Below are positions 1 through 9,429 of a DNA stretch of 64,000 nt, in pieces (position 1 is the first letter of the stretch; the number at the start of each line of letters is the position of its first letter). Under the pieces are notes generated by a model, which made no database searches, had not been told where the DNA came from, and saw only the letters and a program-made list of their open reading frames with translations. The DNA is from an uncultured bacterium. Lineage in GTDB: Bacteria; Acidobacteriota; HRBIN11; JAKEFK01. The DNA lies in contig CAWINI010000003.1 of NCBI GenBank assembly GCA_963837395.1, forward strand, positions 519,419-583,418. The letters are read 5' to 3'. The translations under genes and the position numbers were made by a program.

Positions 1-552
1 CCGATGCTCTGCACAGAAGTATTAAACGGAGTCCTGAAAGCAGTGAACGACATAAATCTTCAAGTTGGCAACGATTTCGATGTACTGACTGTCAGTTTTA
101 ATGCTAAAGAAACTCCCTCCCTGGCCAGTGCAAAAAAAGCTGCATATGTGAAGGCATACAAACACGATGGTGCGAATAAAGGTTGGCATTTCCTAACCGG
201 AACACAACCCTCGATTGATATGCTCACCAAAACTACAGGCTTTCGTTATGCATACGATCCTAAATCCGAATTGTTTGCTCATGGTGCTGCAATTATGGTG
301 TTAACGCCTCAGGGTAAGATTTCGCATTATTTCTATGGCGTAGAATTTTCGGCGCGCGATCTTCGATTGGCATTGGTGGAAGCTTCACATGGAAAAATTG
401 GCACAGCCACTGATCAAATTTTGTTGTTTTGTTTTCATTATGATCCAAGTCAAGGTAAGTACAGCGCATATGCGCTGAATTTTGTTCGTCTTGGTGGAAT
501 TATCACAATCATTTGCCTCGGCATTTTTATTGCGAGGCACAGGAAAAAATAG
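1..552 (+). CDS. SCO/SenC copper chaperone (5'-truncated by window)
   Basis: Begins ..PMLCT (end of the CxxxC motif); has WHFLTG and FAH; lies directly before oxidase subunit II. Confidence 0.85.
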   Translation, partial: PMLCTEVLNGVLKAVNDINLQVGNDFDVLTVSFNAKETPSLASAKKAAYVKAYKHDGANKGWHFLTGTQPSIDMLTKTTGFRYAYDPKSELFAHGAAIMVLTPQGKISHYFYGVEFSARDLRLALVEASHGKIGTATDQILLFCFHYDPSQGKYSAYALNFVRLGGIITIICLGIFIARHRKK

Positions 553-585
553 CAGATCTCCGCGACTCTGCGGTAAAGGTAAATA

Positions 586-1578
586 ATGTTTGAAGATTTT
601 CCGCTCTTTCCGGAACGTGCATCAACAATCGCCGGAAAGGTCGACGCTTTATTCATAACACTCATTGTTATCAGCGCTCTTTTAACAATTGCTATTGTTG
701 TTACCTTAATCGTCTTTGCAATCCGTTTTCGCCGCCGTTCTGACACAGAAAAGCCGAACCCAATCGCAGGTTCTTTGCTGCTTGAACTCACATGGACGAT
801 CATTCCGCTGTTCATGGTGCTGGGAATGTTTACATGGGGCGCTTATGTATTTTTTGAGATGAGCCGTCCGCCTGCTGGAAGTATGGATATTTATGTTGTT
901 GGAAAACAATGGATGTGGAAGTTCCAGCACATGAATGGTGTGCGTGAAATCAATGAGCTTCATGTGCCCATCGGACGCCCTGTGCGATTAACCATGGCAT
1001 CAGAAGATGTCATTCACAGTCTTTATTTTCCCGCGTTCCGCGTTAAAGGTGATGTTGTTCCAGGCCGATATCGAGTTATGTGGTTTCAAGCTACAAAGAC
1101 TGGAAGGTATCACATCTTTTGTGCGGAATATTGCGGAACAAAACATGCAGGGATGGGCGGTTGGATCACGGTGATGGAACCTGCAAACTTTCAAGCATGG
1201 TTAAGCGGTGGACCTTCCGGTGGCCCATTAGAAGAATCCGGCGAAAAATTATTTACCCAACTTGCCTGCAGTACATGCCATTTCGTAGATCATGTTGGGC
1301 GAGCGATGCTTGGTGGACTTTTTGGCAAAGAAGTTCAATTGCAAACTGGTCAAACAATTAAGGCTGATGAATCTTACATTCGTGAATCGATTTTAAATCC
1401 GCAAGCCAAAATCGTTGCAGGGTTTCAAGCGATCATGCCCACATTTCAAGGTCAAATTAGCGAAGAGGGCTTGTTACAATTGATTGCTTATATCAAGAGC
1501 CTGAATCAACGAACGGATCAAAATACAACTGCATCAACAACCTCGAAACCTGTTTCCGGCGAGGTAAAGAACCAATGA
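586..1578 (+). CDS. coxB: Cytochrome c oxidase subunit II with fused C-terminal cytochrome c (caa3 type)
   Basis: CuA ligands DVIHS and [12 protein letters not shown]; haem c motif CSTCH; two N-terminal TM helices. Confidence 0.95.
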   Translation: MFEDFPLFPERASTIAGKVDALFITLIVISALLTIAIVVTLIVFAIRFRRRSDTEKPNPIAGSLLLELTWTIIPLFMVLGMFTWGAYVFFEMSRPPAGSMDIYVVGKQWMWKFQHMNGVREINELHVPIGRPVRLTMASEDVIHSLYFPAFRVKGDVVPGRYRVMWFQATKTGRYHIFCAEYCGTKHAGMGGWITVMEPANFQAWLSGGPSGGPLEESGEKLFTQLACSTCHFVDHVGRAMLGGLFGKEVQLQTGQTIKADESYIRESILNPQAKIVAGFQAIMPTFQGQISEEGLLQLIAYIKSLNQRTDQNTTASTTSKPVSGEVKNQ

Positions 1579-3188
1579 ACGAAGAAACGAAACCTCCGGT
1601 AAATTATTTAAACGTCGCTTATGGCATAAAATCCTGGCTTCTTACTAAGGACCATAAACGTATAGCTCTACTTTATCTGGCATCAGTAACATTTTTCTTT
1701 TTTCTTGGCGGAGCTTTTGCTGTAGCAATCCGTTTGGAATTATTAACTCCGCCAGGCGATCTAATGCAATCCGATACTTACAACAAAATGTTTACCATGC
1801 ATGGCGTGATCATGGTATTTCTATTTTTAATTCCGGCAATTCCTGCAACTCTTGGAAATTTTCTTGTACCAATGATGGTCGGTGCACGCGATCTCGCCTT
1901 CCCGAGAATTAATTTGTTGAGCTGGTATCTCTATATGGCCGGTGGGCTTTTCACGATTTATGCAGTGGTTTCCGGCGGTGTGGATACCGGTTGGACGTTC
2001 TATACTCCATATTCTACCGAAGTTGCAAAAACTCACGTCATTGCAACAGGCGTAGGCGCATTTATTGTTGGATTCTCATCAATACTTACCGGGCTGAATT
2101 TCATCGTAACTGTTCACAAAATGCGCGCGCCCGGACTCACCTGGTTCAGGCTGCCATTGTTTATCTGGTCTATGTATGCAACCAGCATCATTATGATTCT
2201 TGGTACACCAGTAATCGCAATCACATTACTACTGGTTGTAGCGGAACGTTTATTGCGACTTGGAATTTTTGATCCATCGCTGGGTGGGGATCCAATTCTG
2301 TTTCAGCATTTATTCTGGTTTTATTCACACCCCGCGGTTTACATCATGATTTTGCCGGCAATGGGAGTCATCAGTGAACTCGTTGCAGCGTTTTCCAGAA
2401 AGCGCGTCTTTGGTTACAGCTTTGTTGCATTCTCCTCTCTTGCCATTGCCATGGTTGGATTCCTGGTATGGGGACATCACATGTTCACTACCGGAGAATC
2501 GGTATATGGCGCGATGATCTTTTCCCTTCTCAGTTTTTTGGTTGCAATACCATCAGCAATCAAAGTCTTTAATTGGACAGCAACACTTTATAAAGGATCG
2601 ATTTCTTACGACACGCCAATGCTTTATGCATTCGGATTTATTGGTTTGTTTTTGATCGGCGGATTGACCGGACTTTTTCTTGCAACCTTAGGCGTTGATA
2701 TTCACGTTCATGATACTTACTTCGTTGTTGCTCATTTTCATTACATCATGGTAGGCGGCACAATCATGGGCTACTTAGGTGGAATTCACTATTGGTGGCC
2801 GAAAATCAGCGGGAAAATGTATCCGGAAGGATGGGCGAAGTTTTCAGCTCTGGTTGTTTTCATTGGATTTAACTTGACATTCTTCCCGCAATTTATTCTT
2901 GGCTATCTTGGAATGCCGCGTCGTTATCATTTTTATGCAGACGAATTTCAAGTGTTGAACGTAATGTCTTCCGCAGGCGCATCGATCCTTGGCGTTGGTT
3001 ATTTGATTCCGATGATTTATCTGGTGTGGTCGATGCGATATGGTCCGGCAGCAGCAGCAAATCCATGGAAAGCGAAAGGATTGGAATGGGAAACTTCTTC
3101 ACCGCCACCGACAGAAAATTTCCTAGAACAACCGGTGGTTACTGAAGAGGCTTATGCGTATTCCGGAAAGGAGGCTGAAGTTGTCTGA
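1575..3188 (+). CDS. ctaD: Cytochrome c oxidase subunit I, A2 type
   Basis: [17 protein letters not shown] (YS motif), [22 protein letters not shown]. Confidence 0.97.
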   Translation: MNEETKPPVNYLNVAYGIKSWLLTKDHKRIALLYLASVTFFFFLGGAFAVAIRLELLTPPGDLMQSDTYNKMFTMHGVIMVFLFLIPAIPATLGNFLVPMMVGARDLAFPRINLLSWYLYMAGGLFTIYAVVSGGVDTGWTFYTPYSTEVAKTHVIATGVGAFIVGFSSILTGLNFIVTVHKMRAPGLTWFRLPLFIWSMYATSIIMILGTPVIAITLLLVVAERLLRLGIFDPSLGGDPILFQHLFWFYSHPAVYIMILPAMGVISELVAAFSRKRVFGYSFVAFSSLAIAMVGFLVWGHHMFTTGESVYGAMIFSLLSFLVAIPSAIKVFNWTATLYKGSISYDTPMLYAFGFIGLFLIGGLTGLFLATLGVDIHVHDTYFVVAHFHYIMVGGTIMGYLGGIHYWWPKISGKMYPEGWAKFSALVVFIGFNLTFFPQFILGYLGMPRRYHFYADEFQVLNVMSSAGASILGVGYLIPMIYLVWSMRYGPAAAANPWKAKGLEWETSSPPPTENFLEQPVVTEEAYAYSGKEAEVV

Positions 3189-3831
3189 CAATCCGGCATT
3201 ATTACATCAGTTCGATTCGGTTGAACAACAACGCGAAGCTTCGAATCTCGGAATGTGGGTGTTTCTGATAACCGAAATTATGTTTTTCGGTGGCTTGATT
3301 CTCACCTATGTGATTTACCGGATGCTGTATTTTCAAGCGTTCGCTGATGCAAGCAACACACTCAACCTAAAACTCGGCACCATAAATACTGCAGTCCTGA
3401 TTGGAAGCAGCTTAACAATGGCGCTTGCTGTTCATGCAGCCCAGGTTAGCAAAAGAAAAGCACTCATTTTCTTTTTGATTCTAACCATTGTGCTTGGCTC
3501 AGTATTTCTTGGAATCAAAGTTAAGGAGTACTCAGACAAATTTAGGGAACATCATGTCCCAGGTGCCTCCTACAAATTTGAAGAAGAAACTTCTGATCCA
3601 CTTCATACCCAGATTTATTTCTCGCTCTATTTCTGCATGACCGGACTCCATGCACTTCACATGATCATTGGGGTCGGTCTGCTTTCATGGCTGGTGTTTA
3701 GTTCCTGGAAAGGCCGATATTCGGCTGCCTATTTTGCGCCTGTAGAAAATTGCGGACTATACTGGCATTTTGTAGATATTGTCTGGATTTTTCTTTTCCC
3801 GTTTTTGTATTTAATCAGCAGACATCATTGA
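3181..3831 (+). CDS. ctaE: Cytochrome c oxidase subunit III
   Basis: [30 protein letters not shown]; TTG start at 3181 inferred from GGAGG upstream. Confidence 0.92.
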   Translation: MSDNPALLHQFDSVEQQREASNLGMWVFLITEIMFFGGLILTYVIYRMLYFQAFADASNTLNLKLGTINTAVLIGSSLTMALAVHAAQVSKRKALIFFLILTIVLGSVFLGIKVKEYSDKFREHHVPGASYKFEEETSDPLHTQIYFSLYFCMTGLHALHMIIGVGLLSWLVFSSWKGRYSAAYFAPVENCGLYWHFVDIVWIFLFPFLYLISRHH

Positions 3832-3835
3832 GGAC

Positions 3836-4150
3836 ATGATGGAACAGCATGCAAATGAGCATCACATTGTGCCTGTGCGAGTTTACATCACCATATTTCT
3901 TACTTTAATGGCATTCACAGCGCTTACTGTTTTTGCATCATTCAAGGATTTTGGTCCGGGCAACACTATCATCGCTGTTTCAATTGCAGTGCTAAAAGCT
4001 ACCCTGGTAATTTTGTATTTCATGCACGTCCGCTACAACGATAACGTCGTCCGCATTGCTGTATTCGCCGGCTTTCTATGGTTAGGCGTTATGATTGTCC
4101 TAACCCTTAGCGATTATATCGGCCGCGGCTGGCTGCTCACTTACTGGTAG
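3836..4150 (+). CDS. ctaF: Cytochrome c oxidase subunit IV
   Basis: Three TM helices, KATLVILYFMHVRY motif, last gene of the cox operon. Confidence 0.85.
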   Translation: MMEQHANEHHIVPVRVYITIFLTLMAFTALTVFASFKDFGPGNTIIAVSIAVLKATLVILYFMHVRYNDNVVRIAVFAGFLWLGVMIVLTLSDYIGRGWLLTYW

Positions 4151-4218
4151 ATCCAGCTCCACATTTTTACGCGCCGATTCCATGAATCATTTTCATCGAT
4201 TTGATGCTAACAATTAAT

Positions 4219-4247
4219 TAGACGCATGTATGAAAATGACTTATAAC
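4219..4247 (+). promoter_or_regulatory. Putative sigma70 promoter (leaderless) of ADOP permease
   Basis: TAGACG-17bp-TATAAC ending 7 nt before the GTG at 4255; no Shine-Dalgarno. Confidence 0.4.
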
Positions 4248-4254
4248 ATGGATC

Positions 4255-6690
4255 GTGGAAATCAAAAATATTTTCGCTGAGTTTCGTCAAGCACTAAGAA
4301 GCCTCATCCGTTGTCCTTCGTTTTCAATTGTTTCCATTTTGACCATTGCACTCGGAATGGCTGGGATTTTGTGTATCGTATTTGTGCTCAACTCAGTTGT
4401 TTTGCGGAAGCCGCCTTTTCCAAATCCTGAGAAGTTGTTCATGATCGTCAGCACCAATCGCGATGCGACTGGTAAGGTTGATGAATACGGTTCCTCGCTT
4501 GTTGATTTCATTGACTGGCAACGATCAAATCATTCGTTCGAACAGATGGCCACGCTGGAAATGGGAGAAGTAGCCATCACCGATCTTGCTGAGCCAACTC
4601 AAATTCAAAGCCTGACAACAACAAGTAACCTTTTTTCTGTTCTTGGAGTACGTCCTCAACTTGGACGATTTTTTGTGGCTGAAGAAGTAAATTCTACAAG
4701 TCGAGTTGCATTCATAAGCGACCGGTTATGGCGCCGAATTTACGGAGGCCGCCACGACATTATTGGAAGAACGATAGAAATCGATGGCGCAGCTCATAAG
4801 ATCATTGGTGTCGCATCTTCGAACTTTCGATTTGCTGCTCCAGCCGATGTCTGGCTACCCATGAATCTTCAGGTTGATCGCAATACGAGTCCAATGAGCA
4901 GAATACTTTTTGTAGTTGGACGCTTGAAAGCAGATGCGAACCGGGCGACAGCAAACGCGGATCTTAATCGCATTGCCGAAGAATTGGCTAAGAATTACCC
5001 TCAAACGAATGAAGGCTGGGGTGTCAAACTTCTTGACGTAGATGAGAACATTCAGCGTGAGATACGTGTTCCGGTTTCTGTCCTGGGTATCGGTGTGTTG
5101 ATCTTGTTGATGATTGCATGCGTGAATGTTTCTGGACTTATTTTAAATCGGTCGATGGAACGTGAAACAGAAATTGCGATGCGTTTAGCACTGGGAGCAA
5201 CAACACAGGATTTGTTCCGCCGTATAGTCATTGAAAATTTATTGATTACGTTCATCGGAACGGTTTTGGGATTTGCTTTAGCAGCAGCTTCTATGAAGCC
5301 GCTCATTCTTTATGGTCCAACGCTTCCTGTCGGAACTCTTGATTTAGGTTTGCTGGAAAACCTTCACGTGGATTTTTTTGGATTGCTAATCGGGGCGATC
5401 CTGGCAGTTTTAATTGCCATCATGCTTACAGCTCTTCCGCTTCGTTTAGCGCAAAGAAGCGAGATTATCAACAATCTTCGCTCAGTATCAAAAGGTACAA
5501 CCGTTTCCGTTCAACACGGAAGACGTCAGGCATTCCTTCTGATTTTGCAGATTACTGCTTCAACGCTGCTGCTGGCTATTACATTTGGAGTAGCAAAAAC
5601 ATTCTGGAAATTAACGGAAGCTCACGCTGGCTTTGATGTAACAAAGACAACGATTATCAAACTCTCGCTTCCAGCCTCGCGATATGACACTCATAATAAA
5701 CGCGCACAATTTGTGCAACAATTCTTGCGCGAAATCAGCCAAAGAAATGAAATTATAAAAGCCGGTGTGACCAGCCGGTTACCGCTGAATGAATTTAGTT
5801 TTACAACATTTTTCGAAATACAAGGCCGTCCTGAAACACCTGCTAATTCTCCGATTGCAAATTTCAGGCGAATTTCGGATGGCTACTTTAGAACAATTCG
5901 CGCCAATATCATTGAAGGTAGAGATTTTGATGGCAGCGACACACCGGATAGTTTGCCAATCGCAATCGTGAATCGGAAATTCGCTCAGGCTTTTTGGCCT
6001 GGCCAATCAGCGATCGGGAAAAAGATAAAACGTCAAGCAGGAAAGGATCCTTGGCGCACAATTGTTGGTGTTGTGGAAGACGTCAGAGAACTTTCATATT
6101 CGCAGCCAGTTTCGCAAGTGCTTTATATTCCATATTCACAGAACAGCTCGCCCGAATTTTATTGTATGATCCGTTCCAATTTACCGCAGCAGATGATTCT
6201 TTCTAATGTTCGCCAGGAATTGCGCAAGATCGATCCGTTGTTGCCAATGGGCGAAACACAAAGTATGCAACAGTGGGAAAGCAAAACACTGTCGCGTCCA
6301 AGATTTACTGCCGTTCTGATGATTTTTTTGGCGGTCATCGCGTTTAGCGTTTCGCTTGTTGGAGTTTTCGGAAATGTTCGCGGATGGGTGCTTTCCCGTT
6401 TTCGTGAAATTGGAGTTCGGTTGGCATGCGGCGCTACTCATAATTCGATTATGGTGCTGATCCTGTCGCGCGCAGTTAAAATTATTTTCTCCGGGATTTT
6501 GGTTGGAATGCTGTTAACGTTTGTTTCGGCAAAAACAATTACATCGTTTTTTGATTCGAAATACATTATCGATTATGCTGCGGCCTTTGTAGCTGGTGTA
6601 GCAATGACAACAATTTGTGTGTTGTCTGCATATTTGTCCGCTCGATCCTCGCACAAAATCAGCCCATCAATTCTCCTCACTCAGGCATAA
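4255..6690 (+). CDS. ADOP-type duplicated MacB/FtsX ABC permease
   Basis: 811 aa with two MacB-periplasmic/FtsX repeats (EIAMRLALGA, EIGVRLACGA); no ATPase gene adjacent. Confidence 0.88.
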   Translation: MEIKNIFAEFRQALRSLIRCPSFSIVSILTIALGMAGILCIVFVLNSVVLRKPPFPNPEKLFMIVSTNRDATGKVDEYGSSLVDFIDWQRSNHSFEQMATLEMGEVAITDLAEPTQIQSLTTTSNLFSVLGVRPQLGRFFVAEEVNSTSRVAFISDRLWRRIYGGRHDIIGRTIEIDGAAHKIIGVASSNFRFAAPADVWLPMNLQVDRNTSPMSRILFVVGRLKADANRATANADLNRIAEELAKNYPQTNEGWGVKLLDVDENIQREIRVPVSVLGIGVLILLMIACVNVSGLILNRSMERETEIAMRLALGATTQDLFRRIVIENLLITFIGTVLGFALAAASMKPLILYGPTLPVGTLDLGLLENLHVDFFGLLIGAILAVLIAIMLTALPLRLAQRSEIINNLRSVSKGTTVSVQHGRRQAFLLILQITASTLLLAITFGVAKTFWKLTEAHAGFDVTKTTIIKLSLPASRYDTHNKRAQFVQQFLREISQRNEIIKAGVTSRLPLNEFSFTTFFEIQGRPETPANSPIANFRRISDGYFRTIRANIIEGRDFDGSDTPDSLPIAIVNRKFAQAFWPGQSAIGKKIKRQAGKDPWRTIVGVVEDVRELSYSQPVSQVLYIPYSQNSSPEFYCMIRSNLPQQMILSNVRQELRKIDPLLPMGETQSMQQWESKTLSRPRFTAVLMIFLAVIAFSVSLVGVFGNVRGWVLSRFREIGVRLACGATHNSIMVLILSRAVKIIFSGILVGMLLTFVSAKTITSFFDSKYIIDYAAAFVAGVAMTTICVLSAYLSARSSHKISPSILLTQA

Positions 6691-6692
6691 TT

Positions 6693-6729
6693 CTCCGGAA
6701 ATTGGGAGTCATGTTCAGCTTCAGGTAGA
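6693..6729 (+). repeat. Direct repeat copy 1 (37 bp)
   Basis: ctccggaaattgggagtcatgttcagcttcaggtaga; differs from 7552-7587 by one indel and one substitution. Confidence 0.92.
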
Positions 6730-7533
6730 TTTGAACGTTCGAATAAACCATTCCCATCCAAACAATAAAAACAGGAGACCTAGACCAAAGATGACGCTCA
6801 GCCATTTGCCAATGCGAGCCAGACCGATCCATAAAGCATTATGGCGATTCAAAATTTGGAACTGATTCACATAGATAATTTCGCAAGCACCATTTTCTCT
6901 GTCATCACGTGTAATGCTACTTTGCCTTTTAGGCCCATGATTGATGCTGTAATTCACAAGTTGACCCTTCAAATGGATTTCATCTCCAATGTGAGCAGTT
7001 TTTATTCTCGCCTCTATCTCGGAATTTTCAGGCAGAAGATGATTGTTTGAAAGCTGATCCCACTTGAAACTGCTCCATGCCTCATTGCTCGAAGTTTTCA
7101 CATAACAAGTCCAATCCCCATGAGAAAATTTCAAATCGTGTAGATACCTATTGGTTAAATTTTGACCCCAGATCACACAGATATCTTTGGTGTTCAAAAA
7201 ATCACCCCATTGTGCATGAGAAGTATCAATCCAGCTGGAAGAATCATGATCCTCCACAATCAAGCCCCAAAGTTCATATTCAAAAACAGGTTGGATTTGA
7301 TAGCTATGCTGCTTCACTGCAATGTTGAATGGCTCTTTGTCTGTTTCAGTTTGACGAGGTTCATTCTGCAAATCCTTTAAATTAGAAAAATGATTTGGAA
7401 CCTGGATTGACTGCCAGTACGCAAACGCCCAAAGAATCAAAGAAATAAATACACATTTCAAACAGAGGAAGAGATTCCTGGTTGGGTCGTTCAATGCAGT
7501 TGGTTCCATACCGAAGCAAAATATCACATTCAT
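6721..7533 (-). CDS. Conserved hypothetical membrane protein (N- and C-terminal TM helices)
   Basis: 270-aa ORF with SNNHLLP, IGDEIHLKGQLV and SSITRDDRENGACEIIYV blocks; start may be 7509. Confidence 0.75.
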   Translation of the reverse strand: MNVIFCFGMEPTALNDPTRNLFLCLKCVFISLILWAFAYWQSIQVPNHFSNLKDLQNEPRQTETDKEPFNIAVKQHSYQIQPVFEYELWGLIVEDHDSSSWIDTSHAQWGDFLNTKDICVIWGQNLTNRYLHDLKFSHGDWTCYVKTSSNEAWSSFKWDQLSNNHLLPENSEIEARIKTAHIGDEIHLKGQLVNYSINHGPKRQSSITRDDRENGACEIIYVNQFQILNRHNALWIGLARIGKWLSVIFGLGLLFLLFGWEWFIRTFKST

Positions 7534-7551
7534 GGCCTGGAAGACGATTGG

Positions 7552-7587
7552 CTCCGGAAATTGGAGTCGTGTTCAGCTTCAGGTAGA
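7552..7587 (+). repeat. Direct repeat copy 2 (36 bp)
   Basis: ctccggaaattggagtcgtgttcagcttcaggtaga. Confidence 0.92.
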
Positions 7588-7589
7588 AT
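7561..7589 (+). promoter_or_regulatory. Putative sigma70 promoter of upxY-like gene
   Basis: TTGGAG-17bp-TAGAAT, 14 nt before the ATG at 7604. Confidence 0.45.
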
Positions 7590-7603
7590 GAATGCGTTCT
7601 ATC

Positions 7604-8095
7604 ATGCCGAATGAATGGTTTGCAGTTTATACACACCCGCGTCATGAGAAAAAAGTTGCACAACAATTAAGCAATAAAGGTATTGAAGTATTTCTTCCGT
7701 TACGAGTTGTAATTAGCAATTGGAAGGACCGCCGCAAAGAAGTTCATTTTCCGCTCTTTACCGGTTATGTTTTTGTGCATATTGTTCTGGAAGACCGGTT
7801 ATCAGTGCTGAGAATTCCTGGGGTTGTTCAATTTGTTTCGAGCGAAGGAAAACCGGTTGCAATTCCTGAAAGTCAAATTGATGCTGTTCGCCAATTAGTA
7901 AGCAGCGGGTTGAAGTATGATCCGTATCCTTATGTGAAAGAAGGAATGCGGGTTACGATTCGCAATGGACCCTTAAAAGGTGTCGAAGGACTGGTAATTG
8001 CGAAACGGAAGAAACATTTGCTTGTGCTTTCCGTTGACTTGATCCAGCAATCCGCATCATTGGAGATTGATATTAACGATACCGATGTTCGATGA
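7604..8095 (+). CDS. UpxY-family NusG-paralog transcription antiterminator
   Basis: WFAVYTHPRHEKKV, PLFTGYVFV (NGN domain) and KOW motif VTIRNGPLKGVEG. Confidence 0.88.
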   Translation: MPNEWFAVYTHPRHEKKVAQQLSNKGIEVFLPLRVVISNWKDRRKEVHFPLFTGYVFVHIVLEDRLSVLRIPGVVQFVSSEGKPVAIPESQIDAVRQLVSSGLKYDPYPYVKEGMRVTIRNGPLKGVEGLVIAKRKKHLLVLSVDLIQQSASLEIDINDTDVR

Positions 8096-8113
8096 GAATA
8101 AGTACGGATAAAC

Positions 8114-8212
8114 TTGTTTTCAACACGATGGCACTAAGGCACGAAATTTCACAAATAATTAGATAAATATCTAATGTACCCTCGTGCCTTGGTGACTTGG
8201 TGTTGAAAACAA
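8114..8212. repeat. Intergenic inverted-repeat element (31-bp imperfect arms)
   Basis: ttgttttcaacacgatggcactaaggcacga ... tcgtgccttggtgacttggtgttgaaaacaa. Confidence 0.85.
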
Positions 8213-8254
8213 ATACCTCTAATGGGTTCGATGAATATGTTCGATAAGTACAAG

Positions 8255-8349
8255 TTCCCCCTCCTTATGAAGGAGGGGGTCGAGGGGGTGGTTGGATTCT
8301 TCAATGGCATTCCAACCCCCTCTTCGATCTCCCCCTTCATAAGGGGGAA
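8255..8349. repeat. CCCCCT-AAGGGGG compound palindrome (REP-like)
   Basis: Two terminal hairpins (ccccctccttatgaaggaggggg; cccccttcataaggggg) around an inner IR (gagggggtggttgga/tccaaccccctc). Confidence 0.8.
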
Positions 8350-8360
8350 AGAGCAACGTC

Positions 8361-9410
8361 ATGCAACCTAATTCGATTCAAAATGAACTGAATATGCTGG
8401 TTGATGCCGGCCTGCCTGGTGTGTTTGCTTACATCCAAGATGCTGATGGTTCATCACAATTTTACACTGCCGGCGTAGCAGATCTTACTTCCAAAATAAT
8501 CATGACTCCGGAAAGTCATTACCGTGTTGGCAGCACAACCAAAACATTCACTGCGGTCATAACGCTTCAATTGATTGATGAAGACAAACTTTCATTCAAC
8601 GATACGATGAGATACCGATTGCCAGATATTGCAATTCCAAATAACGATTCATTAACTATTGAACATCTGTTGCGAATGCGCAGTGGCTTATTTGATTTTG
8701 AGGATGATCCAAGTTTGTTAGGTAATCTGGATGCACATCTTCAGCCTTGCACTTTGAAACATGCAATCGATCTCAGCATCAAACATCCAGCGGTTTTCGA
8801 ACCAGGTAAAAAATATACTTACTGCAATACAAATTTCTGCATATTGGAATTAATCATTAAGCGCATTACCGGCCATTCATTGGCGGAAGAATTCGCTCAC
8901 CGAATTTTCGAGCCTTTGGAAATGCGCAACACAAGCTATCCAGCAGAGGATGATCTGACTTTACCTGAACCTTACATCCGAGGATATGAGCAGGCAGAGG
9001 ATGGTTGGCGTGAGTGTAGCGAAGTTTTTTTTGGGCGTGGTGATGGTGCTTTGATTACTACGGCTGCTGATCTCGCAATTTTTTTTCGCGCATTGTTGAT
9101 GGAGCGCAGATTGTTGTCCCAGAGATTGCTCAAACAAATGATGACGGTGATTCAAGATGATCCGCCAGCCGAAAAATTATACGGACTGGGTTTAATCGCT
9201 GATCCATTGCAGTACGGCACAGTTTGGGGACATTCAGGTGCAGGATTCGGCTATCGTAATTTCCCATTCTTGAATCTTGAAAATGGGCGGTTTGCTGTGT
9301 TTATGCAAAATGGTACTTATGGTTTCCGTGTTGCCAGAACCAACCCACCAGGCTTTTCAAACGAGTTCAGGGCCATGGTATATTCTTACCACAGAGACAC
9401 TGAGATTTAG
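8361..9410 (+). CDS. Serine hydrolase, beta-lactamase/D-Ala-D-Ala peptidase family
   Basis: SxxK (STTK), YxN (YCN), GHSG motifs. Confidence 0.88.
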   Translation: MQPNSIQNELNMLVDAGLPGVFAYIQDADGSSQFYTAGVADLTSKIIMTPESHYRVGSTTKTFTAVITLQLIDEDKLSFNDTMRYRLPDIAIPNNDSLTIEHLLRMRSGLFDFEDDPSLLGNLDAHLQPCTLKHAIDLSIKHPAVFEPGKKYTYCNTNFCILELIIKRITGHSLAEEFAHRIFEPLEMRNTSYPAEDDLTLPEPYIRGYEQAEDGWRECSEVFFGRGDGALITTAADLAIFFRALLMERRLLSQRLLKQMMTVIQDDPPAEKLYGLGLIADPLQYGTVWGHSGAGFGYRNFPFLNLENGRFAVFMQNGTYGFRVARTNPPGFSNEFRAMVYSYHRDTEI

Positions 9411-9424
9411 TGTCTTTGCGGTAA
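9386..9424. repeat. ACCACAGAG-type palindromic element
   Basis: ttaccacagagacactgagatttagtgtctttgcggtaa between convergent genes; may act as a terminator. Confidence 0.8.
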
Positions 9425-9429
9425 AAAAG

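Noticed and set aside
6693-7587. Integron cassette (attC) reading of the direct repeats
   Set aside because: GCTGAAC resembles an inverse core site, but there is no paired GTTRRRY or attC palindrome, and no integrase
8149-8340. 63-aa ORF
   Set aside because: It is a translation of palindromic repeats
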